From Dehalococcoidia bacterium (GTDB lineage: Bacteria > Chloroflexota > Dehalococcoidia > Plut-88900): a DNA stretch of 64,000 nt. The position numbers and the translations under genes were made by a program. Location of the stretch: assembly GCA_965197585.1 (NCBI GenBank), contig OZ240215.1, positions 1,056,001-1,120,000 on the forward strand. The letters run 5' to 3'. Below the pieces are notes generated by a model, which was not told the DNA's origin, did not search any database, and saw only the letters and a program-made list of their open reading frames with translations. This document shows positions 46,517 through 55,978 of this stretch, piece by piece (positions within the stretch are counted from its first letter, which is position 1; every line of letters begins with the position of its first letter).

Positions 46517-46524
46517 ATGGTCAA

Positions 46525-46553
46525 ATCATATTCCGGGCCCGTATGCCGGTCAA
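46525..46553 (-). promoter_or_regulatory. sigma70-type promoter of tRNA-Pro
   Basis: Minus strand TTGACC-17 nt-TATGAT. Confidence 0.7.
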
Positions 46554-46635
46554 GGAAAACGGCTCGGTACACGGTTCCGGAATGGACAATCCCCACCCCC
46601 CAAACTAGACTTCCCACCTGCCCGGAGATCTTTTC

Positions 46636-46773
46636 ATGAACAACCGTAAGACGATATTACTGATAGGGGCCTTTCTACTCGCAGCAGGCCTGAGCCTCTT
46701 GGCCCGACTGCTTGACGATAGGAAGAAGGCACGCACCCCTGAGTCGAGGCCTGGCCCCGATTCAGACGGATAA
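46636..46773 (+). CDS. Small single-TM protein (45 aa)
   Basis: MNNRKTILLIGAFLLAAGLSLLARLLDDRKKARTPESRPGPDSDG*; GGAG upstream. Confidence 0.45.
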   Translation: MNNRKTILLIGAFLLAAGLSLLARLLDDRKKARTPESRPGPDSDG

Positions 46774-47481
46774 GTCCCTGCGGGCGAATATCGCCAGCGC
46801 AGCCAGGTGCCCCCCTACTACGATTCCCCCCAGAATCCCTATTCCCATCCAGTCTACAGTCCCGCTCTGTAGCAGTTCGGACGGGTCGTAGTAGTGGAAG
46901 ATGGATACGGACGCTAGCCACTTCAGTCCCTCGTAACCCGACCCTATCACCTCGGCCAGGTAGGCAGCAAAGGTTATGACGGAGGTGAGGGCCAGGGCGG
47001 TTCTCTGGTTCGAGCACATTGCAGAGGCAATCAGCGTATAGCTGAAGACCGTCATCACCAGCAGATAACCCACTACGGTTGAAAGGGCCAGACGCTCAAT
47101 GCTGATATCCGCCTCGACTATGGCCACTGCCAACGCGCTTGAGGCCCAACCGACAAAAGCCAACCCTGCCACAGCCAGCGCAAAGAACATGGATTTCCCT
47201 AGAGCCGTGTGTCGGCGGCGCAGAGGCAGGGTGCCGAGCGTCAGGAGCATATTGTCCCTCTGGTTGTTGGACAGGCAACCGGATGAGAAGATCAGGGCAT
47301 AGACTATGAGGTAGAAGACAAGGGAGCCTGTGGCGGGCAGAGGGAGATGAGCGGGACCGTACGCGGGCATTTCCGGAACCCAGAAAACCGAGAGCGCTCC
47401 TAATACGAACAGGGCCAAGGCCCACGAGACCAGAGCCAATCGACTCATCTTGAAATGGAGATGCAGAAGACGGCTGGTCAT
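46762..47481 (-). CDS. ABC-2 type permease
   Basis: About 6 TM segments; LPLRR...GK, SIFHYY and FARRDL motifs; ATGA overlap with the ATPase gene. Confidence 0.85.
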   Translation of the reverse strand: MTSRLLHLHFKMSRLALVSWALALFVLGALSVFWVPEMPAYGPAHLPLPATGSLVFYLIVYALIFSSGCLSNNQRDNMLLTLGTLPLRRRHTALGKSMFFALAVAGLAFVGWASSALAVAIVEADISIERLALSTVVGYLLVMTVFSYTLIASAMCSNQRTALALTSVITFAAYLAEVIGSGYEGLKWLASVSIFHYYDPSELLQSGTVDWMGIGILGGIVVGGHLAALAIFARRDLSV

Positions 47482-48386
47482 ACGTACGGGCCCGGGCCAT
47501 AGCCCTTCATCATGTCCATCAGTATGTTCTCAACCGCATTGTCAATGACCTCGACGTCCTCCACCGAGTACCTGCCGAGCCTCTTCAACAGGCTTCCCGC
47601 CTCCCCGTCCAGCGTTACTACCCACTCTCTGCCGTTGCGGCTGACCACCGACATGTTGTGAGTGATGATGTCCTGGAGCTCTACGTCTTCCCGAAAAATT
47701 ATCTTCACCCGCCTGCCGAGCTTCCGGTTCAATGTGGGCATTTCCCGGATGAAGTTCATATCGCCGTTAACGAGCGTGCCCACTCTATCGCTGACCTTGG
47801 CGGCCGTACGCGGTGAGTCGGTCGAGATGACGATGGTCGTGCCTTTCCGTCGCTCCTCATCTACCAGGTCGTACATTACACGTTGAGAGGACTCGTCCAG
47901 GTTGTGAAAAGGGCTGTCCAGGAGAAGTATGGGTGGATTGTGCTGGAGAGCCAGCGCCCACGCCAGCCGCACCATCTCACCCCGTGAACAGTTGCCAATC
48001 TTCTCGGATTCGTTGATCTTGAGCCGCTCCATCAATTCTTGGCGCCTGGGGGCCCCTGCCTTTCGGGCTGCGGCGCTCAGGTCTATATATTCCCGCCCCG
48101 TTAGGTCCGGGTGGAACCGTTGGTCGCCGAATACACACCCCATCCTCTCTCTGACCCGGTCGGACTCCGATGCGCAATCGTAGCCCAGGACTTCTGCCGT
48201 GCCACGCGTGGGCCGTTTCAAGCCTAGGAGGATGTGCATTAGCGTTGTCCTCCCGGAGCCGCTCGGGCCCAGGATAGCAAAGGTCTCACCTTCACCAACG
48301 TCGAAATATACGCTCTCCAATGCCACGGTGTTGCCGTAGTGTTTGGTGAGGTCGGTTACTTGGATGAAGCGCTCTTTCCTGAACAT
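47478..48386 (-). CDS. ABC ATP-binding-like protein with degenerate catalytic motifs
   Basis: Walker A GPSGSGRTT, signature CSRGE, Walker B LLLDSP, H-loop ISTD. Confidence 0.85.
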   Translation of the reverse strand: MFRKERFIQVTDLTKHYGNTVALESVYFDVGEGETFAILGPSGSGRTTLMHILLGLKRPTRGTAEVLGYDCASESDRVRERMGCVFGDQRFHPDLTGREYIDLSAAARKAGAPRRQELMERLKINESEKIGNCSRGEMVRLAWALALQHNPPILLLDSPFHNLDESSQRVMYDLVDEERRKGTTIVISTDSPRTAAKVSDRVGTLVNGDMNFIREMPTLNRKLGRRVKIIFREDVELQDIITHNMSVVSRNGREWVVTLDGEAGSLLKRLGRYSVEDVEVIDNAVENILMDMMKGYGPGPYV

Positions 48387-48453
48387 GCCAGCGCGATTCT
48401 ACCCCTTTTGCGCTCCCCTCGCCCCTCCGCACCCCTCCCAACTTGCCGGTCTT

Positions 48454-51027
48454 TCAGTTGATGGAGAAGACGGACCCCTGCTCGGTTTTTGTGACCTGGA
48501 TGCGGACAGGGAAGGCCTCCTTCAGTTCGTCGATGTGGGTGATGACGATTATACGGTCGAAGTCTTCCTGTATCGAGTATATGGTGTCCAGCAGCTTTTC
48601 GCGCCCTGCCCCGTCCTGCGTCCCGAACCCCTCGTCGATGAACAATATGCGCAGCGGCGCTCCGGCCCGCCGAGTCAGCAGCCGGGAAATTGCCACCCGT
48701 AATGCAAAGTTGATGCGGAACGCCTCGCCGCCGCTGAACATCTCGTAGGGCCGAGCCCCGAGCTCATCTGCAATGTTGATGTCCAGCGTCTCAATTGAGC
48801 CGCCGGTGCGCTTCTCCCGCTGTGTCTCGATTTTGACGTGCATCCGGTTGTCCGTCATGCGGCTGAGGAGCCGATTTGCCTCATCTTCGATCTCGGGCAG
48901 GACGGTCTCGATAATCAGGGCCTGGACTCCGCCTTTGCCAAACGCCCGAGCCAACTCTTCGTAGCTCCCCTTCTCCCGATTGGCGCGGTTGAGCTGGACC
49001 CTCTGGACTTTGGCCCGCGCCTCAAGCTCGCGGATGGTCTGGAGCCGCTCCCGCAGACCGGCGAGCCGGTCCCGACGCTCCCTCAAATTTCGGCCAACCC
49101 CTTCCAACGATGATTGAACCTCCCTCAACCTCCGGGCCAGGCCGGGTAGTTGATTTGCCTGCTCTTCGATTCCTTGAAGACTGGTCCGTTCGGCTTCAAT
49201 GCGGGATTGCAGTTCGGTGCTGCGGACCTCTGCCAAGCGAAGGTCGTCCCGTGCCTCATCACTGCGGCTCCTAGCCTCCTGCAGCTTCAACCAGGCGAGG
49301 TCCGAGCCTTGAAGGGATCGTACCTGCTCGGAGACCTGCTGGTGGGAGTCGGGATCGTACGCCAGGGCCCCGAGCCGGCGATTCACCTCAGACAGCTGGC
49401 CTCGCATTTCCTGATTGAACATGTCTTCTTCCAGGAGCGCCGATACCGCAGTCCGCTCCTCTTGTAAAGGCACTAGCAGACCCGCCGCCTCCTCACCTTC
49501 TCTGACGTCCCGTTCCAGTACCACAACCCGAGCCTGCAGGTCCCTCCGCTCCTTCTCTGCTTCGGCTTGTGCCTTCTGTGTGTCCGTCTTCGCCCTGTCC
49601 CGCTCAGCAGTCATTTCCGTGACCTGACGACGATTTTCATCGTACTTACGGCGTCGTTGTTCACCCTCGGAATTCAGCGCCGACCGAACGTGCTCGATAC
49701 CCGCCTCCGCCAGTGAAGTCCCACACGTCGGGCACTGGGACACACCTTCGGTAAGCAGGTCCACCTTCTTGCGCAGCTCCTTCATCTCTTCGACCAGGTT
49801 GCGATTATCGGATTCCAGGCTGCGTATGGCTACGGACATCTCTTCCTGACAGCGGGACTCCTCATTCAGTTCGAGGAAGAGCTCGTCCAGGGCCGCGAGC
49901 CTCTCGGCGCTCTGGGCCAACCTCTCCTCCGAGACCTCTATCCTGGACTGCTTCTCTTCCAGCGCCCGACACTCGGCCTTGAGCCGTTCCAGCTTGGCAT
50001 TGAGCTGGACACGCTCGGCATCCAATTGCCGTTCTAACTTATTGCACTGGTCGGTGAGCCGGCTGTGCTCCCTCAATCCGTCAGCGAATTCCTTTTCCGC
50101 CTCGACTGCGTGGCGAAAGCGTGCATACCGATCTTCCAGAGCATCGGCGTCCTGGAGCAGGCGGTCATAGTCTGCCAGCTGAGACTTGTGCCTCTCCACG
50201 TCTCCTCGGGTGCGCGACAAGTCCTCCTCCAGCACGCGCAGCCGAGTCCTAAGTGAGTCCAGTTCCGAAACACTGGATTCGATGCGGATCTTCCGGGCCG
50301 TCAACTCTTGAACGACCTCGTGCCGCCTGCTTTCCTCAGTTTCCAGTCCTCCCACTTCTTCCAAAAGGCGGCTGACATCGGCCTCCAAATCCGGCCTTTT
50401 CTCAGATTCCCTTTCGATTTCGGCCAAAGAATGCTCAAGTTGCGTCGACTCCCTTTCCCTCGTACGCGCCTTCTGCCTCGACAACTCTTCAAGGGTGTCG
50501 TAGTAGGAAAGGTCCAGTATGTCGGCGAGGACTTCCTTGCGCTCCTTGGGGGTACGGAGGGTGAACTCGTCGGCCCGGCCCTGGCGGAGAAAGGCGCTGT
50601 TGACGAAGGTCTCGTATTCAAGGCGCAGGAGTTGGCTGATCTGGGCCTGGGTCTCGGCGATTGTGTTCCCGGTGATGGGCCTGAACTGCCCTCCGCCCCC
50701 CGACCCCGCAATCTGAAGCTCCAGCACGCTCGCCCCCGACCCCCGGCCCCTGGCCCTTTTCCGCTTCCTTATCACCCGGTACGCGTCCTCCCCGTTGGAG
50801 AATTCCAGCTCCACCTCCATGTCCGATTCACCGATGTGAATAAGGTCGTCGACTCCCCTTCCCCTCGCCTTTCCCCACAATGCCCAGGTCATTGCGTCCA
50901 GCAGCGCCGACTTGCCGTGGCCGTTGTCACCACAGATACAGGCTACGTGGATGCCTTCCAGCGTCAGCGGTTCCGGGACGTCCCGGTAGCACATGAAATT
51001 CTTGAGGCGCAGCCGGAGGGGAATCAC
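48454..51027 (-). CDS. sbcC: SbcC/Rad50 SMC-family ATPase
   Basis: GDNGHGKS, long coiled coils, CPTC zinc hook, FSGGE, FIDEGFG and ITH motifs. Confidence 0.93.
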   Translation of the reverse strand: MIPLRLRLKNFMCYRDVPEPLTLEGIHVACICGDNGHGKSALLDAMTWALWGKARGRGVDDLIHIGESDMEVELEFSNGEDAYRVIRKRKRARGRGSGASVLELQIAGSGGGGQFRPITGNTIAETQAQISQLLRLEYETFVNSAFLRQGRADEFTLRTPKERKEVLADILDLSYYDTLEELSRQKARTRERESTQLEHSLAEIERESEKRPDLEADVSRLLEEVGGLETEESRRHEVVQELTARKIRIESSVSELDSLRTRLRVLEEDLSRTRGDVERHKSQLADYDRLLQDADALEDRYARFRHAVEAEKEFADGLREHSRLTDQCNKLERQLDAERVQLNAKLERLKAECRALEEKQSRIEVSEERLAQSAERLAALDELFLELNEESRCQEEMSVAIRSLESDNRNLVEEMKELRKKVDLLTEGVSQCPTCGTSLAEAGIEHVRSALNSEGEQRRRKYDENRRQVTEMTAERDRAKTDTQKAQAEAEKERRDLQARVVVLERDVREGEEAAGLLVPLQEERTAVSALLEEDMFNQEMRGQLSEVNRRLGALAYDPDSHQQVSEQVRSLQGSDLAWLKLQEARSRSDEARDDLRLAEVRSTELQSRIEAERTSLQGIEEQANQLPGLARRLREVQSSLEGVGRNLRERRDRLAGLRERLQTIRELEARAKVQRVQLNRANREKGSYEELARAFGKGGVQALIIETVLPEIEDEANRLLSRMTDNRMHVKIETQREKRTGGSIETLDINIADELGARPYEMFSGGEAFRINFALRVAISRLLTRRAGAPLRILFIDEGFGTQDGAGREKLLDTIYSIQEDFDRIIVITHIDELKEAFPVRIQVTKTEQGSVFSIN

Positions 51028-51073
51028 TTCGCTGCTCCCGAGCCCTTCATCGGAAACGTGGAAGCGGAGTCCA

Positions 51074-51757
51074 TCAGTTGGGCTTGACGATGATCTTGCT
51101 GGCCGTTTCCGTGCTTATCACTATTTCGTGCTGGTCCACTTCCAGCGTGATGGTACCCTTGAAGCCGGCCACGTCCAGCACCTTCATCGTCCAGGAGGGC
51201 GAAACGTTATGCTCTTCCAGGTACTGGAGCAGTTCCTCGTCTTCTTCCGGTACACGTTTGACTGTGACGGCCATGCCTGCCGGGACCTCGTGAAGAGACT
51301 TGAGGTGGGAGCGCACGTGGCGTGCCCTGGCATATCCCTCGCTTCCCGGTATCGGATACCCATGAGGGCAGGTGGTCGGGTTGTTCAGCAGGTTTACGAG
51401 GCGGTCGGCAACTTCCTGTGAAATGCCGTGCTCCAGCCGATGGGCCTCCGAGTAGGCCTTATGCCAGGCCAGGTCCAGCACGTCGGTCAAGAAGCGCTCC
51501 GCCAGACGATGCCTGCGTATGACCTCCTCAGCAATCTTGTTGCCGGCCACCGTGAGCGCTATCTCCTTCTTCCGAGAGACCTTGATGTGGCCATCCCGGG
51601 CCATCCTGCGCACCGTCCCGAAGGCCGTGGCAGGAGACACGCCCAGGGTCTCTGCAAGCCGGGCCGAGATAACGGGCTTACCTTCCTCGACAAACCTGAA
51701 GATGCTGGTCAGGAAATCGTCCGTCGCCACCGATGTCGGTTTTGCTATTCCCGGCAT
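51074..51757 (-). CDS. DtxR/IdeR/MntR family metal-dependent repressor with FeoA domain
   Basis: RRHRLAERFL, EAHRLEH and CPHGYPIP motifs. Confidence 0.93.
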   Translation of the reverse strand: MPGIAKPTSVATDDFLTSIFRFVEEGKPVISARLAETLGVSPATAFGTVRRMARDGHIKVSRKKEIALTVAGNKIAEEVIRRHRLAERFLTDVLDLAWHKAYSEAHRLEHGISQEVADRLVNLLNNPTTCPHGYPIPGSEGYARARHVRSHLKSLHEVPAGMAVTVKRVPEEDEELLQYLEEHNVSPSWTMKVLDVAGFKGTITLEVDQHEIVISTETASKIIVKPN

Positions 51758-51851
51758 TGTAAAGCCTTATTTGTGCACTGGTTCTCAAGCGTATTCATTA
51801 TTTGTCACATGCAATCGCGCAAATTCGCACGAAATTTGCTCAAAAAAGGTA

Positions 51852-51882
51852 TTGACAGGTCTTATTTGTTAGCCTACCCTAA
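51852..51882 (+). promoter_or_regulatory. Promoter of the Fe3+ ABC operon with overlapping DtxR/IdeR box
   Basis: TTGACA(51852)-17 nt-TACCCT(51875). ATTTGTTAGCCTACCCTAA (51864-51882) matches 15/19 of the DtxR consensus TTAGGTTAGCCTAACCTAA. Confidence 0.75.
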
Positions 51883-51954
51883 CGCCCAAGTTTCTCTTTG
51901 TGAAGCCACCCTCATGGTGAAACGCAAATCAAAGGAATTATAACACGAGCCCTT

Positions 51955-53085
51955 TTGACGAACCGAAGTGAAGAAGGAACGGCAAACCGAGTGAATCCTT
52001 TAGGGTCCAAAAAATCAATCTTTCCCCTGACCGCCTTGGCTCTGGTTTTGGTGCTTCTGTCGACACTAGCTTTGGCATGTGGCGCCGAACCCACTCCTAC
52101 GCAGGCATCTCAGCCAAGCCCCACGCAACCCCCCACAATAGATGAAGGTCAAGATGACCCCGGAGAACTCGTCATTTACTCCGGTCGGGAAGAAGACCTC
52201 ATAGGCCCGATCGTCGAGCAGTTCGCCACGGCCACCGGAATTGACGTCAAGGTCAACTATGGTTCTAACGCTGCTCTTGTAGCTACCATCCACGAAGAGG
52301 GCCAGAACAGCCCCGCCGACGTCTATTACGGCTCCGACCCCGGCTCCTTGGGCGCTCTGGAGTCGAGACTCCAGGCACTGCCGGACTCAATATTGGAGAA
52401 AGTTGACCCGAAACTTGCTTCCAGGCAGGGCAAGTGGGTCGGCATTTCCGGGCGCGCTCGGACCGTCGTTTACAACACCGACGCCCTTTCCGAGGCGGAC
52501 CTTCCGTCCTCAATCCTGGACTTCACTGATCCCAAGTGGAAGGGCCGCATAGGCTGGGCCCCGACAAATGGCTCCTTTCAAGCCTTTGTGACCGCCCTGC
52601 GATTGACAGAGGGAGAGGACGTGGCGAAGGCGTGGCTGGAGGGTATCCAGGCCAACGAGCCCAGGGTCTACCCAAAGAACACCCCCACAGTCCAGGCGGC
52701 TGCCGATGGCGAGATCGACGTAGGATTTGTGAACCATTACTACCTGTTCAGGTTCCTCGCCGAAGAGGGCGAGGGGTTCAAGGCAAGAAACTACTTCCCA
52801 ACGGGAGGCGACGTTGGCGCTACGATCCTGGTTTCCGGAACCGGTATCCTGGATACTTCCGGGAACGAGGAGAACGCGGTACGGTTCATCGAATTCCTGC
52901 TCTCCACCGTGAGCCAGCAATACTTTGCAAGCCAGACCTTTGAATACCCGGTAGTGGAGGGAGTGAAGACTCACCCTGAACTGCTACCTCTATCCGAGAT
53001 AGACGTCCCGGACGTCGACCTCGGCTCCTTGCAGGATCTGGAAGGGACATTAAAGCTGTTAAGGGACACAGGGATAGTCCCATAA
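51955..53085 (+). CDS. Fe3+ ABC transporter substrate-binding lipoprotein (FbpA/FutA family)
   Basis: Lipobox LAC, YSGR, SPADV and NHYY twin-Tyr Fe ligands; start may be GTG 51991. Confidence 0.92.
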   Translation: MTNRSEEGTANRVNPLGSKKSIFPLTALALVLVLLSTLALACGAEPTPTQASQPSPTQPPTIDEGQDDPGELVIYSGREEDLIGPIVEQFATATGIDVKVNYGSNAALVATIHEEGQNSPADVYYGSDPGSLGALESRLQALPDSILEKVDPKLASRQGKWVGISGRARTVVYNTDALSEADLPSSILDFTDPKWKGRIGWAPTNGSFQAFVTALRLTEGEDVAKAWLEGIQANEPRVYPKNTPTVQAAADGEIDVGFVNHYYLFRFLAEEGEGFKARNYFPTGGDVGATILVSGTGILDTSGNEENAVRFIEFLLSTVSQQYFASQTFEYPVVEGVKTHPELLPLSEIDVPDVDLGSLQDLEGTLKLLRDTGIVP

Positions 53086-53092
53086 GCTTTCC

Positions 53093-54757
53093 ATGAGGGT
53101 AACGCGGGCAGCCGACAGCACAGCGTTCCTCCCAGGTCCCGTAGCCGGGGCCCTAAGGCAAATCATGCCTGGGGCCCCGGCCTTTATCTGGCTTCCGGCT
53201 CTCCTGATTGCCGCCGCCCTCGCGCTGCCACTGGTCTACCTAATTCTGCGGGCCCTTGGCACGGAGAATGGCATATGGGAAGTGCTGGTCAGATGGCGCA
53301 CCCTGCAAATCCTGGGACGCTCCGCGTTGCTGGCCGCATCGGTGACTGGGTTGAGTATTGCGTTGTCCGTGCCCCTGGCCTGGCTCACCGTCAGGACCGA
53401 CCTCCCACTGAAACGGTTCTGGTCGGTTGTTACGGCTCTTCCCTTGGTCATACCAAGCTATCTGGGGGCCTTCGCCCTCATAGCAGCCCTCTCGCCGCGA
53501 GGAATGTTCCAGCAGCTTCTCGGGGGTGTCTTTGGCATTGACCGCCTCCCCGATATTCACGGGTTTTGGGGCGCAACCCTGACTCTGACAGCGCTCAGCT
53601 TTCCATATGTACTGCTCCCCGTGCGGGCGGCAATGCGAAACCTGGACCCTGGAGTTGAGGAATCAGCCCGGGTGCTCGGTCACGGGCCCTGGTCGGTGTT
53701 CTACCGCATCACCCTGATGCAGCTCCGCCCTGCCATTGTCGCTGGCGCTCTCCTCGTATCACTCTACACCCTAAGCGATTTCGGGGCCGTGTCCCTCCTC
53801 CAATACGAGACCTTCACTTGGGCCATATATCTCCAGTTCAACTCCGCTTTCGACCGTGGCATAGCCGCAAGCCTTTCTCTGGTCCTCGTTGGTATGGCTC
53901 TGGCGATACTGCTTTTTGACTCGTACACCAGGGGCCTCGCCCGGTACTCAAGTAAGGGTGTGGGTGGCAAGAAACGCACTCCAATGGTGAGCCTTGGCAG
54001 GTGGAAGTGGGTCGGTGTAGGGTTCTGCTCTCTCGTCGGGCTGGTGAGCATCGGCATGCCTCTATCCGTCCTCTCTTACTGGCTGGTCAGAGGCCTGGCT
54101 GCCGGCGAGCAGATTAGTTCTTTCTGGGGCACCGCCGCAAACTCAGTCTACGTATCGCTCCTGGCCGCGGCCGTGTGCGTGCTCGCTGCGGTACCCGTTG
54201 CCATGCTCAGCGCCCGATACCCGAGCCGCTTCTCCTCAATGGTCGAACGATTCAGCTATCTGGGATTCGCGTTGCCCGGGGTCGTGGTCGCCTTGGCCCT
54301 CGTCTACTTTGGAGCTAACTACGCACTGCCTCTCTACCAGACCCTCGCCATGCTTATATTCGCCTACGCAATCCTCTTTCTACCTCCGGCCGTTGGTGCG
54401 ATAAGGGCCCAACTGCTTCAGATTGACCCGAAAGTCGAGGAAGCAGCCCGTGGCTTGGGCCTTTCACCTCCGAGAGTCTTCCTGTCGGTAACTCTACCCC
54501 TCATCAGGAGTGGTGTTCTGGCGGGGGGCGCACTGGTGTTCTTGATCACCATGAAGGAGCTTCCGGCCACCCTCCTGCTAGGCCCTATCGGCTTCAAGAC
54601 CCTGGCAACCAGCGTCTGGGGTGCCTCCGAGGCTGCTTTCTTCGCCAAGGCCGCTCTTCCCGCCCTGCTGCTGGTGCTCCTCTCCTCCGTGCCGATGGCT
54701 CTGCTGGTGCTCGCGGACAAAGGACGAGACCAGACCCTCCAGCGGGCCAAACGGTGA
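53093..54757 (+). CDS. Fe3+ ABC transporter permease (FbpB family)
   Basis: Two EAA loops (EESARVLG, EEAARGLG); KELPATL motif. Confidence 0.92.
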   Translation: MRVTRAADSTAFLPGPVAGALRQIMPGAPAFIWLPALLIAAALALPLVYLILRALGTENGIWEVLVRWRTLQILGRSALLAASVTGLSIALSVPLAWLTVRTDLPLKRFWSVVTALPLVIPSYLGAFALIAALSPRGMFQQLLGGVFGIDRLPDIHGFWGATLTLTALSFPYVLLPVRAAMRNLDPGVEESARVLGHGPWSVFYRITLMQLRPAIVAGALLVSLYTLSDFGAVSLLQYETFTWAIYLQFNSAFDRGIAASLSLVLVGMALAILLFDSYTRGLARYSSKGVGGKKRTPMVSLGRWKWVGVGFCSLVGLVSIGMPLSVLSYWLVRGLAAGEQISSFWGTAANSVYVSLLAAAVCVLAAVPVAMLSARYPSRFSSMVERFSYLGFALPGVVVALALVYFGANYALPLYQTLAMLIFAYAILFLPPAVGAIRAQLLQIDPKVEEAARGLGLSPPRVFLSVTLPLIRSGVLAGGALVFLITMKELPATLLLGPIGFKTLATSVWGASEAAFFAKAALPALLLVLLSSVPMALLVLADKGRDQTLQRAKR

Positions 54758-54833
54758 CTTGAGTGGACAAGTTGATATGGAATGGTGGGCGTGAGACACT
54801 GAGACCGCGCAAAGCGAAAGGACGCCGCCGCCC

Positions 54834-55952
54834 TTGTCAGCCAACTCTCATACGGCAAACTCAGTCGTAGAGCTAAGAAACACCTCGAAGACCTACCCGG
54901 GCACCACCTTCCCAGCGGTTAGCGAACTTTCTTTCTGTTTGGCCGAGGGCGAGATCTTGTCGATCCTCGGGCCCAGCGGTTGCGGTAAGAGCACCACTCT
55001 CCGGCTGATAGCCGGGTTCGAGGCGCCCGACTCCGGAGAAGTCTTCTTACGAGACAGTCGTGCATCCGGACAGGGTTGCCACGTTCCCCCCGAGAAGCGA
55101 GGCGTGGCGATGGTCTTCCAGGACTACGCCCTGTTCCCCCACCTGTCCGTCGCCAAGAACATTGGCTTCGGCCTCAGGAACATGAAATCCAGGGAGCGGG
55201 CGCAGCGGGTAAAAGAGGTCTTGGACATTATAGAATTGTCCTGGCTGGCCGACCGATACCCGCACCAGATATCGGGTGGGCAGCAGCAGAGAGTCGCGTT
55301 GGGTCGGGCCCTGGCCCCCCGGCCCGTGGTGGTCCTCCTCGACGAGCCCTTCAGCAATCTGGACAACGCCATGCGAGGCCAGATGAGGCGGGAGGTGCAA
55401 GCTATTCTTCGGCGGGAAAGGGCCACGGCCATCCTCGTCACCCATGACCAGCAGGAGGCGCTATCCTTCGCCGACAGAGTGGCAGTGATGCACCGGGGGA
55501 AGCTGGAGCAGATGGGGACGCCGGAGGAGATATTTCGCAAGCCCGCCACCTCCTTTGTCGCAACCTTTGTCGGGCACGCCAGCTTCATCTCCGGCCGGGT
55601 GGACGGTGAAGAAATAGACACGGAGATCGGCAGTTTGGCGTATAACGGAGACCATCTGCTCACCGAGGTCATCGTCATGATCCGACCCGATGACGTCAAA
55701 CTCCTCCCCGACGCCGCAGGACAGGGAACTATCATGTCCAGGGAGTTTCACGGTTCCCGAAACTTCTATTTCGTAGAACTCGATTCCGGGACGACGATTC
55801 GGAGCAGACAGCCGTCTGGGACAATATATCCTCCCGGTATGAAGGTCAGGGTGTCTCCGAAAAAGTCGGCGGACATCGTGGTATTCCCCCAAACCCAGCG
55901 TGGCCTGATACCGAGAGACCTGCCCATATCTGACCCAGACTTGAATCCCTGA
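54834..55952 (+). CDS. Fe3+ ABC transporter ATP-binding protein (FbpC family)
   Basis: GPSGCGKST, ISGGQQQR, LLDEP and VTHD motifs; TOBE-like C-terminus. Confidence 0.93.
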   Translation: MSANSHTANSVVELRNTSKTYPGTTFPAVSELSFCLAEGEILSILGPSGCGKSTTLRLIAGFEAPDSGEVFLRDSRASGQGCHVPPEKRGVAMVFQDYALFPHLSVAKNIGFGLRNMKSRERAQRVKEVLDIIELSWLADRYPHQISGGQQQRVALGRALAPRPVVVLLDEPFSNLDNAMRGQMRREVQAILRRERATAILVTHDQQEALSFADRVAVMHRGKLEQMGTPEEIFRKPATSFVATFVGHASFISGRVDGEEIDTEIGSLAYNGDHLLTEVIVMIRPDDVKLLPDAAGQGTIMSREFHGSRNFYFVELDSGTTIRSRQPSGTIYPPGMKVRVSPKKSADIVVFPQTQRGLIPRDLPISDPDLNP

Positions 55953-55978
55953 CCCCGAGACCCATAACCACTCAAGAC

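Noticed and set aside
46380-46520. Genomic island at tRNA-Pro
   Set aside because: No integrase or repeated tRNA 3' end found.
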